Assembly: GCA_963741955.1 (NCBI GenBank)
Contig: CAVUKB010000006.1
Span: 192,001 to 256,000, forward strand
Length of the DNA stretch: 64,000 bases
Source of the DNA: an uncultured Acidobacteriota bacterium
Lineage (GTDB): Bacteria; Acidobacteriota; Thermoanaerobaculia; Gp7-AA8
Direction: 5' to 3'
Position numbers and translations under genes: made by a program. Of this stretch, positions 1-9,363 are shown piece after piece. A model generated the notes under the pieces. It saw only the letters and a list, made by a program, of their open reading frames with translations, ran no database searches and was not told the origin of the DNA. The stretch's first letter is position 1, and every line of letters begins with the position of its first letter.

Positions 1-1545
1 GTCGTAGTAATCGCCGCCGACCTCTGTGGCCGTCTTCATGTACACCGCGATCTCGAAGAGCGGATGTTCCGGGAGAGACTTCGGCAGCAGCGAGAGCTGG
101 AATCTCCGCGCCTCCTCCAGTTCCTCCGTCTTCCGGTCGAATTCGGCGGTGAGCAGCCGTTCACGAATCTCCTGCTCCTTCCGGAGCCGCTCCTCTTCGA
201 CCAGTCGCTCCTGGTGCTCCCGGAGATCGCGGGCCATCTGGTTGAATGCGAGGGCTAGCTGACCGAACTCCCCTTTTCCGCGGACCGGCACCTCGACGTC
301 GAGGTCGCCCGCTGCAATCCGCTGCGCGCCGTGGGTGACCGCACCGACGTCGCGGGTGATGTGGCTGGCGATCGGGATGATCCCGAGGAGAGCGATGAAG
401 ATCAGCCCGAGTCCGTAACTGAAATTTCGAATTGCAGTGAGGCGGACTTCATTGAGCGGCTTGTCGAGTGGCCGGGCCAGTCCGAAGGTCAGCCCGCTCG
501 AAGCGTCCTTCGTCATGGCGATCACCCAGTTGTCGAGAATGGTCCGGGACGTCGTGCCGCTGACGGAAGTGGTCGGGAGGGGGAGCGAGGTGAGGGTCGC
601 CTTTGCTTCGGGGCTCGCGGTGTAGAGGGTTCCGTCTCCGTCGATGGCGAAAGGAATCGCGCCGTTCCGGGTCGGAGTCGACTCCCACACCCGCCGGAAT
701 ATCTCATCGCTGCGTAGCCGCGCCGAGAGGTGTCCGACGATCGTGTCGCCATTCCTTACCGGAACCTCGAGATCCGAGCCGAAAAGCGCAGTGAGGCGGT
801 CCTGCGCTGCCTTCTGCGCCTCGGCACGCTTCTCCACGCTCTTCATCCTCGCTTCGAGCTGAGCGGCGCGCTGCTGGTTCGCTTTGCGCAAATCCGACTG
901 GATCTTCTCGGCGAACTTCTTCCATCCCGCCGGGTCGGTGACGTCCGAAGGAACGGCGGGGAGAGGCGGCTCTCCGCCCGTGACGTCCGGAGGCTGAGGG
1001 GGAGCGGGAGCGTGCTCCGGGGGCGTTCCGACCTGAACGCCGCCGGCCCGGATCGCGGCGAGTCCGCTGCGAATCTCGGTTTCGGTCCCGGGCGGAAGGC
1101 TCCCGCCCGCCTTACGTACCTCGCTGAGAATCTTCCCCACGTCGATGAATACGGGAGATGCGGGAGCGGCGGGAGTGGCGGCGTCCCGTGCCTGCGAATC
1201 CGCAGCAGAGGGAGTCGGCGGCTCGGGGACGAATTCCACCGAGCCGAGGAAGGGAGCGATGCGGCTCAGAGTGGCGCGGGAGGCGGCGCTCGATTCCGAT
1301 GCCGCGGCGTCGTTTCCGAGGAGAGATCCGAGAGGCATCCGGCTGAGAACTTCGACTCCGGAGTGGACGTCCTTCCGGAGCGAGGCCATGCGGGAGTCCA
1401 TCTCGCGGGTCAGTCCCGCGGCATCCGCCTCGATCGCGCCGCGCACGGCGCGGATCGAACTACTGTATGAATAGAGTACGATGCCACTCAGCGGAAGGAC
1501 CGCGAGGAGTAGAAATGCGAGTACCAGCTGGGCTCGTATCTTCAT
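1..1545 (-). CDS. Membrane HAMP + PP2C/SpoIIE (RsbU-like) serine phosphatase, partial (runs off left edge)
   Basis: Not in the ORF track; translated by hand at both ends. ATG at 1545 gives MKIRAQLVLAFLLLAVLPLSGIVLYSY (TM). Later come a HAMP segment (GAQRIAAGDLDVEVPVRGKGEFGQLALAFNQM) and ELEEARRFQLSLLP...EVGGDYYD, the start of the SpoIIE domain, in the same frame. Confidence 0.88.
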   Translation of the reverse strand, partial: MKIRAQLVLAFLLLAVLPLSGIVLYSYSSSIRAVRGAIEADAAGLTREMDSRMASLRKDVHSGVEVLSRMPLGSLLGNDAAASESSAASRATLSRIAPFLGSVEFVPEPPTPSAADSQARDAATPAAPASPVFIDVGKILSEVRKAGGSLPPGTETEIRSGLAAIRAGGVQVGTPPEHAPAPPQPPDVTGGEPPLPAVPSDVTDPAGWKKFAEKIQSDLRKANQQRAAQLEARMKSVEKRAEAQKAAQDRLTALFGSDLEVPVRNGDTIVGHLSARLRSDEIFRRVWESTPTRNGAIPFAIDGDGTLYTASPEAKATLTSLPLPTTSVSGTTSRTILDNWVIAMTKDASSGLTFGLARPLDKPLNEVRLTAIRNFSYGLGLIFIALLGIIPIASHITRDVGAVTHGAQRIAAGDLDVEVPVRGKGEFGQLALAFNQMARDLREHQERLVEEERLRKEQEIRERLLTAEFDRKTEELEEARRFQLSLLPKSLPEHPLFEIAVYMKTATEVGGDYYD

Positions 1546-1669
1546 TCTGGATCGATCTCTGCAACACGGCCGGATGCCGGCCGTGAAAGAATAGGCCGGA
1601 TTCCGCTCGTAAGGTATACGCAGGATCCGGCTCTGGGATTCCGTCACAGAGTGACGGAGGCGGAAACAG

Positions 1670-2056
1670 ATGAAACGGATCGACAAGCTGCTGTTCGTCT
1701 ATGCGGCAGATTCGGGCAAATGGAGTGCGTTCGTCGACAGCGCACGGAAACTCTTCATGATCAAGGGATGCGCACTCTGCAGCATCACCCACGGCCTGGC
1801 AGGCGAAAAGGACGAGTGGAAGAACTGCCGGGACGAGCTGGGAGTGCCGATCGAGTATGTACACCGCAACGAGTTGGGGCCACCCCTCGGAGATCTGGTG
1901 GAAAAACAGCTTCCGTGCGTGGTCGCGCAAACGAGCGAGAAACTCGTGGTGCTGGTCGGTCCGAGCGTCCTGGAACGCTGCCGCGGGAGCGTCGCGGACT
2001 TCAAGGGGCGGCTCAAGACGTACGCGGCGATGAACGATCTCGAGTTCCCCCTCTGA
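1670..2056 (+). CDS. Conserved hypothetical protein, thioredoxin-like with CxxC
   Basis: LLFVYAADSG...CALCSITHG...EW pattern of a widespread small uncharacterised family; GGAGG upstream. Confidence 0.7.
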   Translation: MKRIDKLLFVYAADSGKWSAFVDSARKLFMIKGCALCSITHGLAGEKDEWKNCRDELGVPIEYVHRNELGPPLGDLVEKQLPCVVAQTSEKLVVLVGPSVLERCRGSVADFKGRLKTYAAMNDLEFPL

Positions 2057-2064
2057 GGCTTCCC

Positions 2065-2493
2065 ATGCGAAATGGGCTGCGCGTTGTGGGAGTTCCGCTG
2101 TTATGCTTACTCACGGCCGGATGCCGGATCTCCCAGCCGATCGAGATTCCGGAGGAGCCGGGAAAGCCACCGCATTTGAACGTCGCGCCACCTCCTTCCA
2201 TCCCACCGGTCGATGTGGTTGCAGCGGAAGGCTCTTCGGCCGAGATGCCGGTCCTGCTCCACCGCGGCTTGAAAGAGCATGGACTCGCATTCGAACGGGA
2301 GTGGATCCGGGATCACTACGGGTTGGTGGATTTCCTCTCGCTTTCGTTCGGACAGCGGCACAATCGTGTATATGACATCTGGGACATCCGCCTCCCGGCC
2401 GGTCAGGAGAAGACGATCTGGTTCGACGTGACGGAGATCTGGATGGAGACCGCCGGGCAGCCGGCGCCGGAGAGCGGCGCACCGCACCGATGA
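2065..2493 (+). CDS. Putative lipoprotein
   Basis: MRNGLRVVGVPLLCLLTAGC lipobox-like signal; C-terminal YDIWDIRLPAGQEKTIWFDVT. Confidence 0.65.
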   Translation: MRNGLRVVGVPLLCLLTAGCRISQPIEIPEEPGKPPHLNVAPPPSIPPVDVVAAEGSSAEMPVLLHRGLKEHGLAFEREWIRDHYGLVDFLSLSFGQRHNRVYDIWDIRLPAGQEKTIWFDVTEIWMETAGQPAPESGAPHR

Positions 2494-2558
2494 AGGATCC
2501 AGGGATGCGTCCCTGATCCGGTCTCCTCCGAAGATTAATACTTTCAACTGGAGTAATT

Positions 2559-4892
2559 GTGACGAGAAGAATGCTGGTCAATGCGCAGAATCCGGAAGAG
2601 CTGCGCGTTGCAATCGTGGAGGGATCCATCCTCCAGGAGTTTCAGGTCGAAGCTTCCGAACAGGGCCTCAGTCGGGGAAACATCTATCGTGGAGTGGTCA
2701 CTTCGCTCCATCCCAGCCTCAACGCCGCCTTCGTCGATTACGGCTCGGAGCGCAACGGCTTCCTTCCCTTCCACGACGTGGTCGAACAGGCGTGGCACCA
2801 TTCGCCGAAGTCGGGGCGCGCGAAGGTGGAAGACGTGCTGGAGCGCGGACGCCCGCTCATCGTGCAGGTGACCAAGGACGCCGTGGAGCAGAAAGGCGCC
2901 GGGCTGACCACGAATCTGAGCCTCGCCGGCCGCTACCTCGTGCTCACTCCGTTCGACGAAGTCCGCGGGGTGTCGCGGAAGGTCGAGGATGAGGAGATGC
3001 GCAAGCGTCTTCGGGAGCAGGCGGAGAAGCTGAACGTTCCTGCGGGGGCGGGCTTCATCGTCCGGACCAATGCCCTCGAGCAGACCAAGACGGTCCTCAA
3101 CCGCGATTTCAACGCGCTGCTCCGTCTGTGGAAGAAGATCGAGACGGAGAGCCGGAAGGGACAGGGGCCGAAGCTCCTCTACAGTGATCAGGACATCATC
3201 GTCCGCACGCTGCGCGATTATCTCGATGCAGCGATCGACGAAGTGATGATCGATGACGAAGAGACGTTCGAGCGCGCAGAAGAATACGTGCGCCTCTTCA
3301 TGCCGCGCACGAAAACGCGAATCGTCCGCTACGGCGACCGCGAACCTCTCTTCTCCCGCTTCGGTCTCGAGGAGCAGATCGATCGGATCTACGAACGGAG
3401 TGTTCCACTCCCGAGCGGCGGTGGAATCGTGATCGACCGCACCGAAGCGCTCGTCGCCGTCGACGTGAACTCGGGCCGATCCACCCGCGCCGCGACTCAG
3501 GAAGAGACTGCGTTGAACACCAATCTGGAAGCGGCCAACGAGGTCGCCCGCCAGCTGCGACTTCGCGACATCGGCGGTCTGATCGTGATCGACTTCATCG
3601 ACATGCGGAGCCGCAAGGGGCGCGCGCGCGTGGAGCGGACCATCCGCGATGCGATGAAAACCGACAAGGCCCGCTCGAGCGTGGGACGCATCAGCTCGAA
3701 CGGACTTCTCGAGGTCAACCGTCAGAGACTCCACCAGGCACTCGATCTCCGCACCCATCGCGCATGTCCGACCTGCAAAGGCACCGGACGGATCGCGAGT
3801 CCGGAGATGGTCGGGCTGAACCTCCTGCGAAGGATCGAAGCACGTGCCGCGACGACCAATCTCGAAAAGGTGCGGATCTCACTCCATCCCGAGCTCGCCG
3901 ACGCGTTCCAGAACCTCAGGAGGAAGGAGATCGCCGCGCTGGAGCAGGAGTTCTCGATTCGCGTAGAAGTCATCGCGTCGAATCGCCTCCACCGTCCCGA
4001 GCAGGAGATCGAGTGGGTCGCCCGCGCCGGCGAGAAGGTCCGGGTGCAAAGCCAGGCGGGAGAGGTCTCAGCCAGCGCCATCCCTTCGATCGCCCGCCGT
4101 GGAAAGGGCGAGCGACAGGAGCCGGAGCCTGCTGCTGCATCCGCACCGGCCAAGCGCTCCCGACGCCGGCGCCGCCGCCGCCGCGGAGGTGAGGCCGCAG
4201 GTCCGAACCTCCCCGCCGAGCTGCCGTCGCTCGAGCCGCTGGAGGAAGGAGAGCCGATCGAGCCCTTCTTCGACTGGGGTGAGGAGGAACCTTTCGAAAG
4301 TCCCGAAGAGCCGCTCGGAGAGGAGGAGGACGAAGCCGCGGAAGACGTGGCGGAAGACGTGGCGGAAGAACCGGCGTCCCCTCCCCCGGAGCGCCCTTCA
4401 CGCCGTCGTCGCAGCAGGAGGCGGAAGCATCCCGCCAGCGACGCCCGGACGCCTGCCATTTCACATCCCGAGCCGGAACCCTCCGGTGAGGGTGAGGATC
4501 TCCCCGTCGGGCCTCACGACCGCGAGCCCGAACCGATGCAGCCGCAGGAAACAGACGGAGGGGCGGACCACGAGTCGGAACCAGCAGCGGCCGCTTCCGA
4601 GCCGCACGAAAAGCCCCGGCCGCGACGACGAAGACGAAGGAAACCGGCACAGAAAGAACCGGTCTCCGGCGAGGACGTGAGCGGCGGTCCGAAAGTCGCT
4701 GAGCCGCTGGAAGCGCGAGAAGAGGGATCCGCCGGAGAGGAGCCGGGATCGCCCGAAACGTCGCACCCGCCGCGGAAGCGACGTCGCCGGCGCCATACCA
4801 AAAAGAGTCCGGTACAATCGGACGCGGCACCGGCTGGCGAAGGCGCAGGTGAACCCTCGGAACCGACCGGCTCGACGGAGGTGGATCAATGA
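2559..4892 (+). CDS. rne: Ribonuclease E (Rne/Rng family) with disordered C-terminal tail
   Basis: S1 domain (GNIYRGVV...AAFVDYG), DVNSG, RDIGGLIVIDFIDM, Zn-link CPTCKGTG, Arg-rich and acidic C-terminal region. Confidence 0.93.
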   Translation: MTRRMLVNAQNPEELRVAIVEGSILQEFQVEASEQGLSRGNIYRGVVTSLHPSLNAAFVDYGSERNGFLPFHDVVEQAWHHSPKSGRAKVEDVLERGRPLIVQVTKDAVEQKGAGLTTNLSLAGRYLVLTPFDEVRGVSRKVEDEEMRKRLREQAEKLNVPAGAGFIVRTNALEQTKTVLNRDFNALLRLWKKIETESRKGQGPKLLYSDQDIIVRTLRDYLDAAIDEVMIDDEETFERAEEYVRLFMPRTKTRIVRYGDREPLFSRFGLEEQIDRIYERSVPLPSGGGIVIDRTEALVAVDVNSGRSTRAATQEETALNTNLEAANEVARQLRLRDIGGLIVIDFIDMRSRKGRARVERTIRDAMKTDKARSSVGRISSNGLLEVNRQRLHQALDLRTHRACPTCKGTGRIASPEMVGLNLLRRIEARAATTNLEKVRISLHPELADAFQNLRRKEIAALEQEFSIRVEVIASNRLHRPEQEIEWVARAGEKVRVQSQAGEVSASAIPSIARRGKGERQEPEPAAASAPAKRSRRRRRRRRGGEAAGPNLPAELPSLEPLEEGEPIEPFFDWGEEEPFESPEEPLGEEEDEAAEDVAEDVAEEPASPPPERPSRRRRSRRRKHPASDARTPAISHPEPEPSGEGEDLPVGPHDREPEPMQPQETDGGADHESEPAAAASEPHEKPRPRRRRRRKPAQKEPVSGEDVSGGPKVAEPLEAREEGSAGEEPGSPETSHPPRKRRRRRHTKKSPVQSDAAPAGEGAGEPSEPTGSTEVDQ

Positions 4893-5314
4893 AATGCCCG
4901 CGTGACGGAGCAGTCCTCGAAGTGGCGAAGGTTCACGGAGTCGAGGTGCATGTCTGTCCCGAGGATGGAGGTCTGTTCGCCGATCACGGAGAGCTGAACA
5001 AGGTCGCCGAGCCGACCGAGGGCGACCTCGAGTTTTCGACCATCGACATGGATTCCTTCCAGCACGAGGACGACTACCCACCCATCCAGTGCCCGCGCGA
5101 TCCCGACGTCACCATGAAGAAGGTGGAGTTCAACATCTACACGAACATCATCCTCGACTGGTGCGATCGTTGCGGAGGATTCTGGATCGACCGGAAGGAG
5201 CTCGACCGGATCAACGACGAGGTGCGAGAGCTGAACCGCGCCGCGTCGGAAGTGCCCGATCCTCCGATGCTCTGGTTCGCGCAGTTCGTCTGGAATCTCC
5301 CCTTCCCCCATTGA
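4889..5314 (+). CDS. Double zinc-ribbon (zf-TFIIB-like) protein
   Basis: MKCPRD...CPEDGGLFAD and CPRD...CDRCGGFWIDRKEL repeats; ATGA overlap with the rne stop. Confidence 0.8.
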   Translation: MKCPRDGAVLEVAKVHGVEVHVCPEDGGLFADHGELNKVAEPTEGDLEFSTIDMDSFQHEDDYPPIQCPRDPDVTMKKVEFNIYTNIILDWCDRCGGFWIDRKELDRINDEVRELNRAASEVPDPPMLWFAQFVWNLPFPH

Positions 5315-5349
5315 GGCGCGAGGATTGTTCTGTGACACGGCAAATTAGA

Positions 5350-5392
5350 AGAATATAATTCTGTTTTTCTGCTTAAAACAGAATAATATTCT
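5350..5392. promoter_or_regulatory. Pair of AT-rich 13-bp palindromes, candidate operator
   Basis: AGAATATAATTCT (5350) and AGAATAATATTCT (5380) form an 18-bp inverted repeat upstream of the acuI-like gene; the same motif pair occurs at 38967-39010. Confidence 0.5.
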
Positions 5393-5521
5393 TTTCTTCG
5401 ATCCGTAGACCGAATTTTAGGCGGTGCCGATCGAGGCGTGACCGGTCACGCCTCGCCGGAGTGTCCCGCGATGACAACCCGCAACAACCGAGCACTGGCG
5501 AACCGCACTGGCGAGCTGACG

Positions 5522-6514
5522 ATGTTTCGAGCATTCTTCATCACTTCTCTCGACGGCACCCCATCGCACGAGATCCGCGAGATCGATACGGCCGATCTTC
5601 CTGCCGGGGACGTGGTCGTCGACGTGTCGCACTCGAGCGTCAACTACAAGGACGGTCTCGCCATCAGCGGGAAGGGAAAAATCATCCGCGGCACGTTGCC
5701 GTTCGTCCCCGGGATCGATCTCGCGGGGACGGTCATCTCGTCGGACTCCGAAGACTTTCGCCCGGATGACCGGGTGCTCGCGACGGGTTGGGGGCTGGGC
5801 GAGAAGAACTGGGGGGGCTACACCGAACGAGCCCGCCTCCATTCCGAATGGCTCGTCCCGATCCCTTCGGATCTCTCGAACCGCGAGGCGATGATTCTCG
5901 GCACCGCGGGACTCACCGCGATGCTCGCGGTCATGGCGCTCGAGGGCCACGGCGTCCGCCCCGACGAAGGCGAAGTCGTGGTCACCGGTGCGTCGGGGGG
6001 AGTCGGATCGATCGCGGTCGCGCTTCTCTCGCGGCTCGGTTTCACGGTCGTCGCTTCGACCGGGAAAGAATCGGCCCACCCCTTTCTCCGGGCTCTCGGC
6101 GCGTCGCGCTTCATCGGCCGCGACGACGTTTCACAGTCGGCAGGCAAGCCGCTCGCATCGGCCAGATGGAGCGGTGCCGTCGACACGGTCGGAGGCGAGA
6201 CGCTCGCCGGAATCCTCGCCGAGCTCCGGACGCACGGATCGGTCGCGTCGTGTGGGAACGCGCGGAGTGCCGAGCTTCACACCACCGTCTTTCCGTTCAT
6301 CCTCCGCGGCACGAATCTCCTCGGCATCGACTCGAACACCGCTTCGGGAGAACAGCGCCGGAAGGCGTGGCAGCGGCTCGCGACCGATCTGCCGAAACCG
6401 ATCCTCTCGAGCGTCGAGTCGCGCGCCATCCCGCTCGCCGATCTTCCCGCTGCGGCAGAGGAGATCACCCGGGGAGCGGTCCGCGGCCGGATCGTCGTGG
6501 ACGTGAAAAGCTGA
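5522..6514 (+). CDS. acuI: YhdH/AcuI-family MDR oxidoreductase (acryloyl-CoA reductase-like)
   Basis: SSVNYKDGLA, VPGIDLAG, GTAGLTAML, VTGASGGVG, FILRG motifs. Confidence 0.85.
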   Translation: MFRAFFITSLDGTPSHEIREIDTADLPAGDVVVDVSHSSVNYKDGLAISGKGKIIRGTLPFVPGIDLAGTVISSDSEDFRPDDRVLATGWGLGEKNWGGYTERARLHSEWLVPIPSDLSNREAMILGTAGLTAMLAVMALEGHGVRPDEGEVVVTGASGGVGSIAVALLSRLGFTVVASTGKESAHPFLRALGASRFIGRDDVSQSAGKPLASARWSGAVDTVGGETLAGILAELRTHGSVASCGNARSAELHTTVFPFILRGTNLLGIDSNTASGEQRRKAWQRLATDLPKPILSSVESRAIPLADLPAAAEEITRGAVRGRIVVDVKS

Positions 6515-6536
6515 AAGCTGAAACCGGGAGGAAGCC

Positions 6537-7448
6537 TCAGCGGGCGATTACCGGATCGCGAGGAATTCGCCCCGGCTCGAAGAGGGTCACGGCTTCAGAA
6601 AGAATTTCGGCGCACGACCCCTCCCCCGTGACGATCCCCAGAATTCCGAGCGCATCCCGAAGGCTCTCGCGGACTTTCTGCTCGTCGAGGCTCGGAAGGG
6701 GTAGAGCGGCATGTCGCTTCCCGATCTTCTGCCCATCCGGACCGACGAGAAGAGGGAGATGGGCGTATGCGGGTGTGGCGAAACCGAGTGCGCGCTGCAG
6801 CGCAATCTGCCGGGGAGTCGAGTCGAGGAGATCTCCACCGCGCACGACCTGCGTGATCCCCTCCTCCGCGTCATCGACGACCACTGCGAGCTGGTAGGCG
6901 AAGAGGCCATCCGCCCGCCGGATGACGAAGTCTCCGGTCGCGCGTGCGATCTCCTCCTCGACCGGGCCGTGGACCAGGTCGTCGAACTCGATCACGACGT
7001 CGGGTACCCGGAAGCGCACCGCCCGCGCATCTCGTCCGGCCGGTAGCCCGGCTCGGCAGGTACCGGGGTATACGCTCCCCTCACGCGGATCGGAAGAATC
7101 CGGAGCAGAAGCCGCGCGCTGCAGCTCCGCACGCGAACACGCGCAGTCGAAGACGTCACCCGATTCGCGAAGCTGAGTGAGCGCCGCTTCGTACAGTGCG
7201 GTCCGTTCCGACTGCCGGACCGGCTCTCCGTCCCATTCGAGTCCGTACCTCTCCAGAGCGTGAAGAATCTCGTCTGCGGAACCAGGTACGACACGCGGAG
7301 TGTCGAGGTCTTCGATCCGGACCAGCCATCGCCCGTTCTCCCGTCGCGCAAAAAGCCACGAGCCCACTGCCGCGACGAGACTCCCCATGTGAAGGGGTCC
7401 GGTCGGGGACGGAGCGAAGCGGCCGACGCTTTTCGAACGGGACGTCAC
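6537..7448 (-). CDS. gluQ: Glutamyl-queuosine tRNA(Asp) synthetase
   Basis: GRFAPSPTGPLHMGS, RIEDLD, CACSR...YPGTC, YQLAVVVDD, KIGKR; lacks the anticodon-binding domain. GTG start is an estimate. Confidence 0.9.
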   Translation of the reverse strand: MTSRSKSVGRFAPSPTGPLHMGSLVAAVGSWLFARRENGRWLVRIEDLDTPRVVPGSADEILHALERYGLEWDGEPVRQSERTALYEAALTQLRESGDVFDCACSRAELQRAASAPDSSDPREGSVYPGTCRAGLPAGRDARAVRFRVPDVVIEFDDLVHGPVEEEIARATGDFVIRRADGLFAYQLAVVVDDAEEGITQVVRGGDLLDSTPRQIALQRALGFATPAYAHLPLLVGPDGQKIGKRHAALPLPSLDEQKVRESLRDALGILGIVTGEGSCAEILSEAVTLFEPGRIPRDPVIAR

Positions 7449-7533
7449 CGATTGAGAAACACGTGAAGCGTGCGAGGGAATTCGCGAGGAGTGCGAGGGT
7501 CGTACGCAACGTACGACCCTCCGCACCCGGGTC

Positions 7534-8277
7534 TCACTTCTTCAGTGATTTTTCGAGCGCCTTGAGCCGCTTCTCGAGATCGGACAGGCGGGTCTGAAGG
7601 TCACCGCAGTCGCCGAGGCTCTCTATCTTCGCGTTCCATTCGGGACCCTGAACGACGGTCTCCAGGCGTTTCATCGCCGGAGCGAGGCCTTCACCGATCA
7701 CCAGCGGCCTGCCGTTCATCTCCCCTTTGAAGACGAAAGGTGCGACATCGACCTCCGAGAGCTGGTGCTCGGAGATGGTCACCGTCGCACGCCGGGCCGC
7801 GCCGTTGCGCAGGAATCCGACCGTTACCCGGTCGCCACTCTTTTTCGAACGTACGTTCTTGCGGACGTTCCAGGACGAACGGACCTTTTCGCCCTCGATC
7901 GATGTGATCAGGTCGCCGACCTGAATGCCGGCCCTGGCCGCGGGACTCCCCTCTTCGACTTCGCCGACCAGAACTCCCGCGTCTTCCGGCGCCCCGAAAT
8001 GTTTGCGAAGCTGCGGCGTGATGTCGAGCAGCTGCAAACCGAGCCAGCCTCTCTTGACCAGGAATGACGCGTCGGGAGCGAGTCGTCCCTCGGAGTCGCT
8101 GGTCCACACCTTTCCATCCTTCACGATCACGGCCCGCGGGGCGACCTCGATGCGAATACTCTTCTCAGGCGCGGCGGGAGGAGCGGGTGGTGCCGGCGCT
8201 GCAGGATGTTGTGCGGCCGCGGGGAGAGCCCCCGCCAGCAGAATGCCCAGAATGAGTGCGATTCGGGATCTCGACAT
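7534..8277 (-). CDS. Secreted PDZ-domain protein with C-terminal coiled coil
   Basis: Signal peptide MSRSRIALILGILLAGALPAAA; GWLGLQL...SPAARAGIQVGDLI PDZ; no protease domain. Confidence 0.85.
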   Translation of the reverse strand: MSRSRIALILGILLAGALPAAAQHPAAPAPPAPPAAPEKSIRIEVAPRAVIVKDGKVWTSDSEGRLAPDASFLVKRGWLGLQLLDITPQLRKHFGAPEDAGVLVGEVEEGSPAARAGIQVGDLITSIEGEKVRSSWNVRKNVRSKKSGDRVTVGFLRNGAARRATVTISEHQLSEVDVAPFVFKGEMNGRPLVIGEGLAPAMKRLETVVQGPEWNAKIESLGDCGDLQTRLSDLEKRLKALEKSLKK

Positions 8278-8288
8278 GACGTTCCTCC

Positions 8289-8696
8289 TCAATCGAATCG
8301 GTTCGTAGTGACGCGGGGACGGGAAACGGGATGGACGTCGTCCCTCGCCGCCGTACGTAGGTCGAGAACGAGATCGACGTTCTCGTAGCCTCCGAGATAG
8401 ACCACTGGATCGCGCTGTTCGGTGAGCCGGCGGAGCTCGTCGATCTGGAGCCGTATCGCGGCCTCCTCCGCTCGAAGTCTCGACAGGCGCTGCTCTTCGT
8501 GATGCCGATGAAGGAGCCAGCCCGACGCACTGCCGAAGATCAGGACTGAAGAAACGACTGCAGTCACGAGGCGCCGCATGGATCGTCGCGGCGGGTGGCC
8601 GGAGCCGAGTCGTTCCATCAGTTCGGCGACGAAACTTCCGTCCGTCTTCTCCCGCGGGAGCTGTCGCAGGAGCTCGGTCAGGGGATCTCGATTCAT
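8289..8696 (-). CDS. Putative membrane anti-sigma factor
   Basis: Single TM helix, directly downstream of and overlapping the ECF sigma gene. Confidence 0.65.
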   Translation of the reverse strand: MNRDPLTELLRQLPREKTDGSFVAELMERLGSGHPPRRSMRRLVTAVVSSVLIFGSASGWLLHRHHEEQRLSRLRAEEAAIRLQIDELRRLTEQRDPVVYLGGYENVDLVLDLRTAARDDVHPVSRPRVTTNRFD

Positions 8697-9256
8697 GAAG
8701 GGTCTCCGTTCCAGTAGGGGCTGAGCATGCGCCGCAGCAGTTCGCGACCACGACTGATCCTCGACTTGACCGTACCGAGGCTGCAACCGAGTGAATCTGC
8801 GATCTCCTGGTACGACCACTCTTCCATCTCGTAGAGGACGATGGCGGAGCGATAGATCAGCGGAAGCCGGGATATCGCCCCGCGGACGGCCTCTTGTGCC
8901 TCCTCGGAGAGGATCTCGCTCTGTGGTGACCGGCTCTCGTGACCGTTGTGCTCATGGCCGTTGCGCGTGAGATAGGAAAGCCAGCGGAAAACCGAGCGCT
9001 GTTCCGATCGCACCAGGTTCGTTCCGATCCGGAACAGGAGGGGAGCCAGTTTGCTGCACTCTTCGTAACGCTCGAGATTCCGGTACAGCCGCACGAACGT
9101 CTCCTGTGTCAGTTCCTCGGCCTTGTCGCGATTTCCCGAGAGATGGGTGAGGTAGTTCAGCAGAGAATCCTTGTAGCGGTGAACGATCGCCGAGAAAGCA
9201 TCGCGGTCTCCCTCGCGGGTTCGGACCATCAGCTCGCCGTCGCTCACGCCGTTCAT
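8693..9256 (-). CDS. ECF sigma-70 factor (RpoE/SigW-like)
   Basis: AEELTQETFVR region 2; SYQEIADSLGCSLGTVKSRISRGR region 4. Confidence 0.92.
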   Translation of the reverse strand: MNGVSDGELMVRTREGDRDAFSAIVHRYKDSLLNYLTHLSGNRDKAEELTQETFVRLYRNLERYEECSKLAPLLFRIGTNLVRSEQRSVFRWLSYLTRNGHEHNGHESRSPQSEILSEEAQEAVRGAISRLPLIYRSAIVLYEMEEWSYQEIADSLGCSLGTVKSRISRGRELLRRMLSPYWNGDPS

Positions 9257-9363
9257 TTCCTGAAGAACTAACGGAGAAGTCGGGCGAAAGTTCCATCCCG
9301 GACTCGCGTCAAGGCGGGAGATTGGACCGGATTCGGTGGCGCTCTCCATCGAGAGGCGCCCGA

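Noticed and set aside
26-1474. Plus-strand ORFs at the left edge
   Set aside because: The real gene is the minus-strand HAMP-PP2C, which the track missed because it runs off the window.
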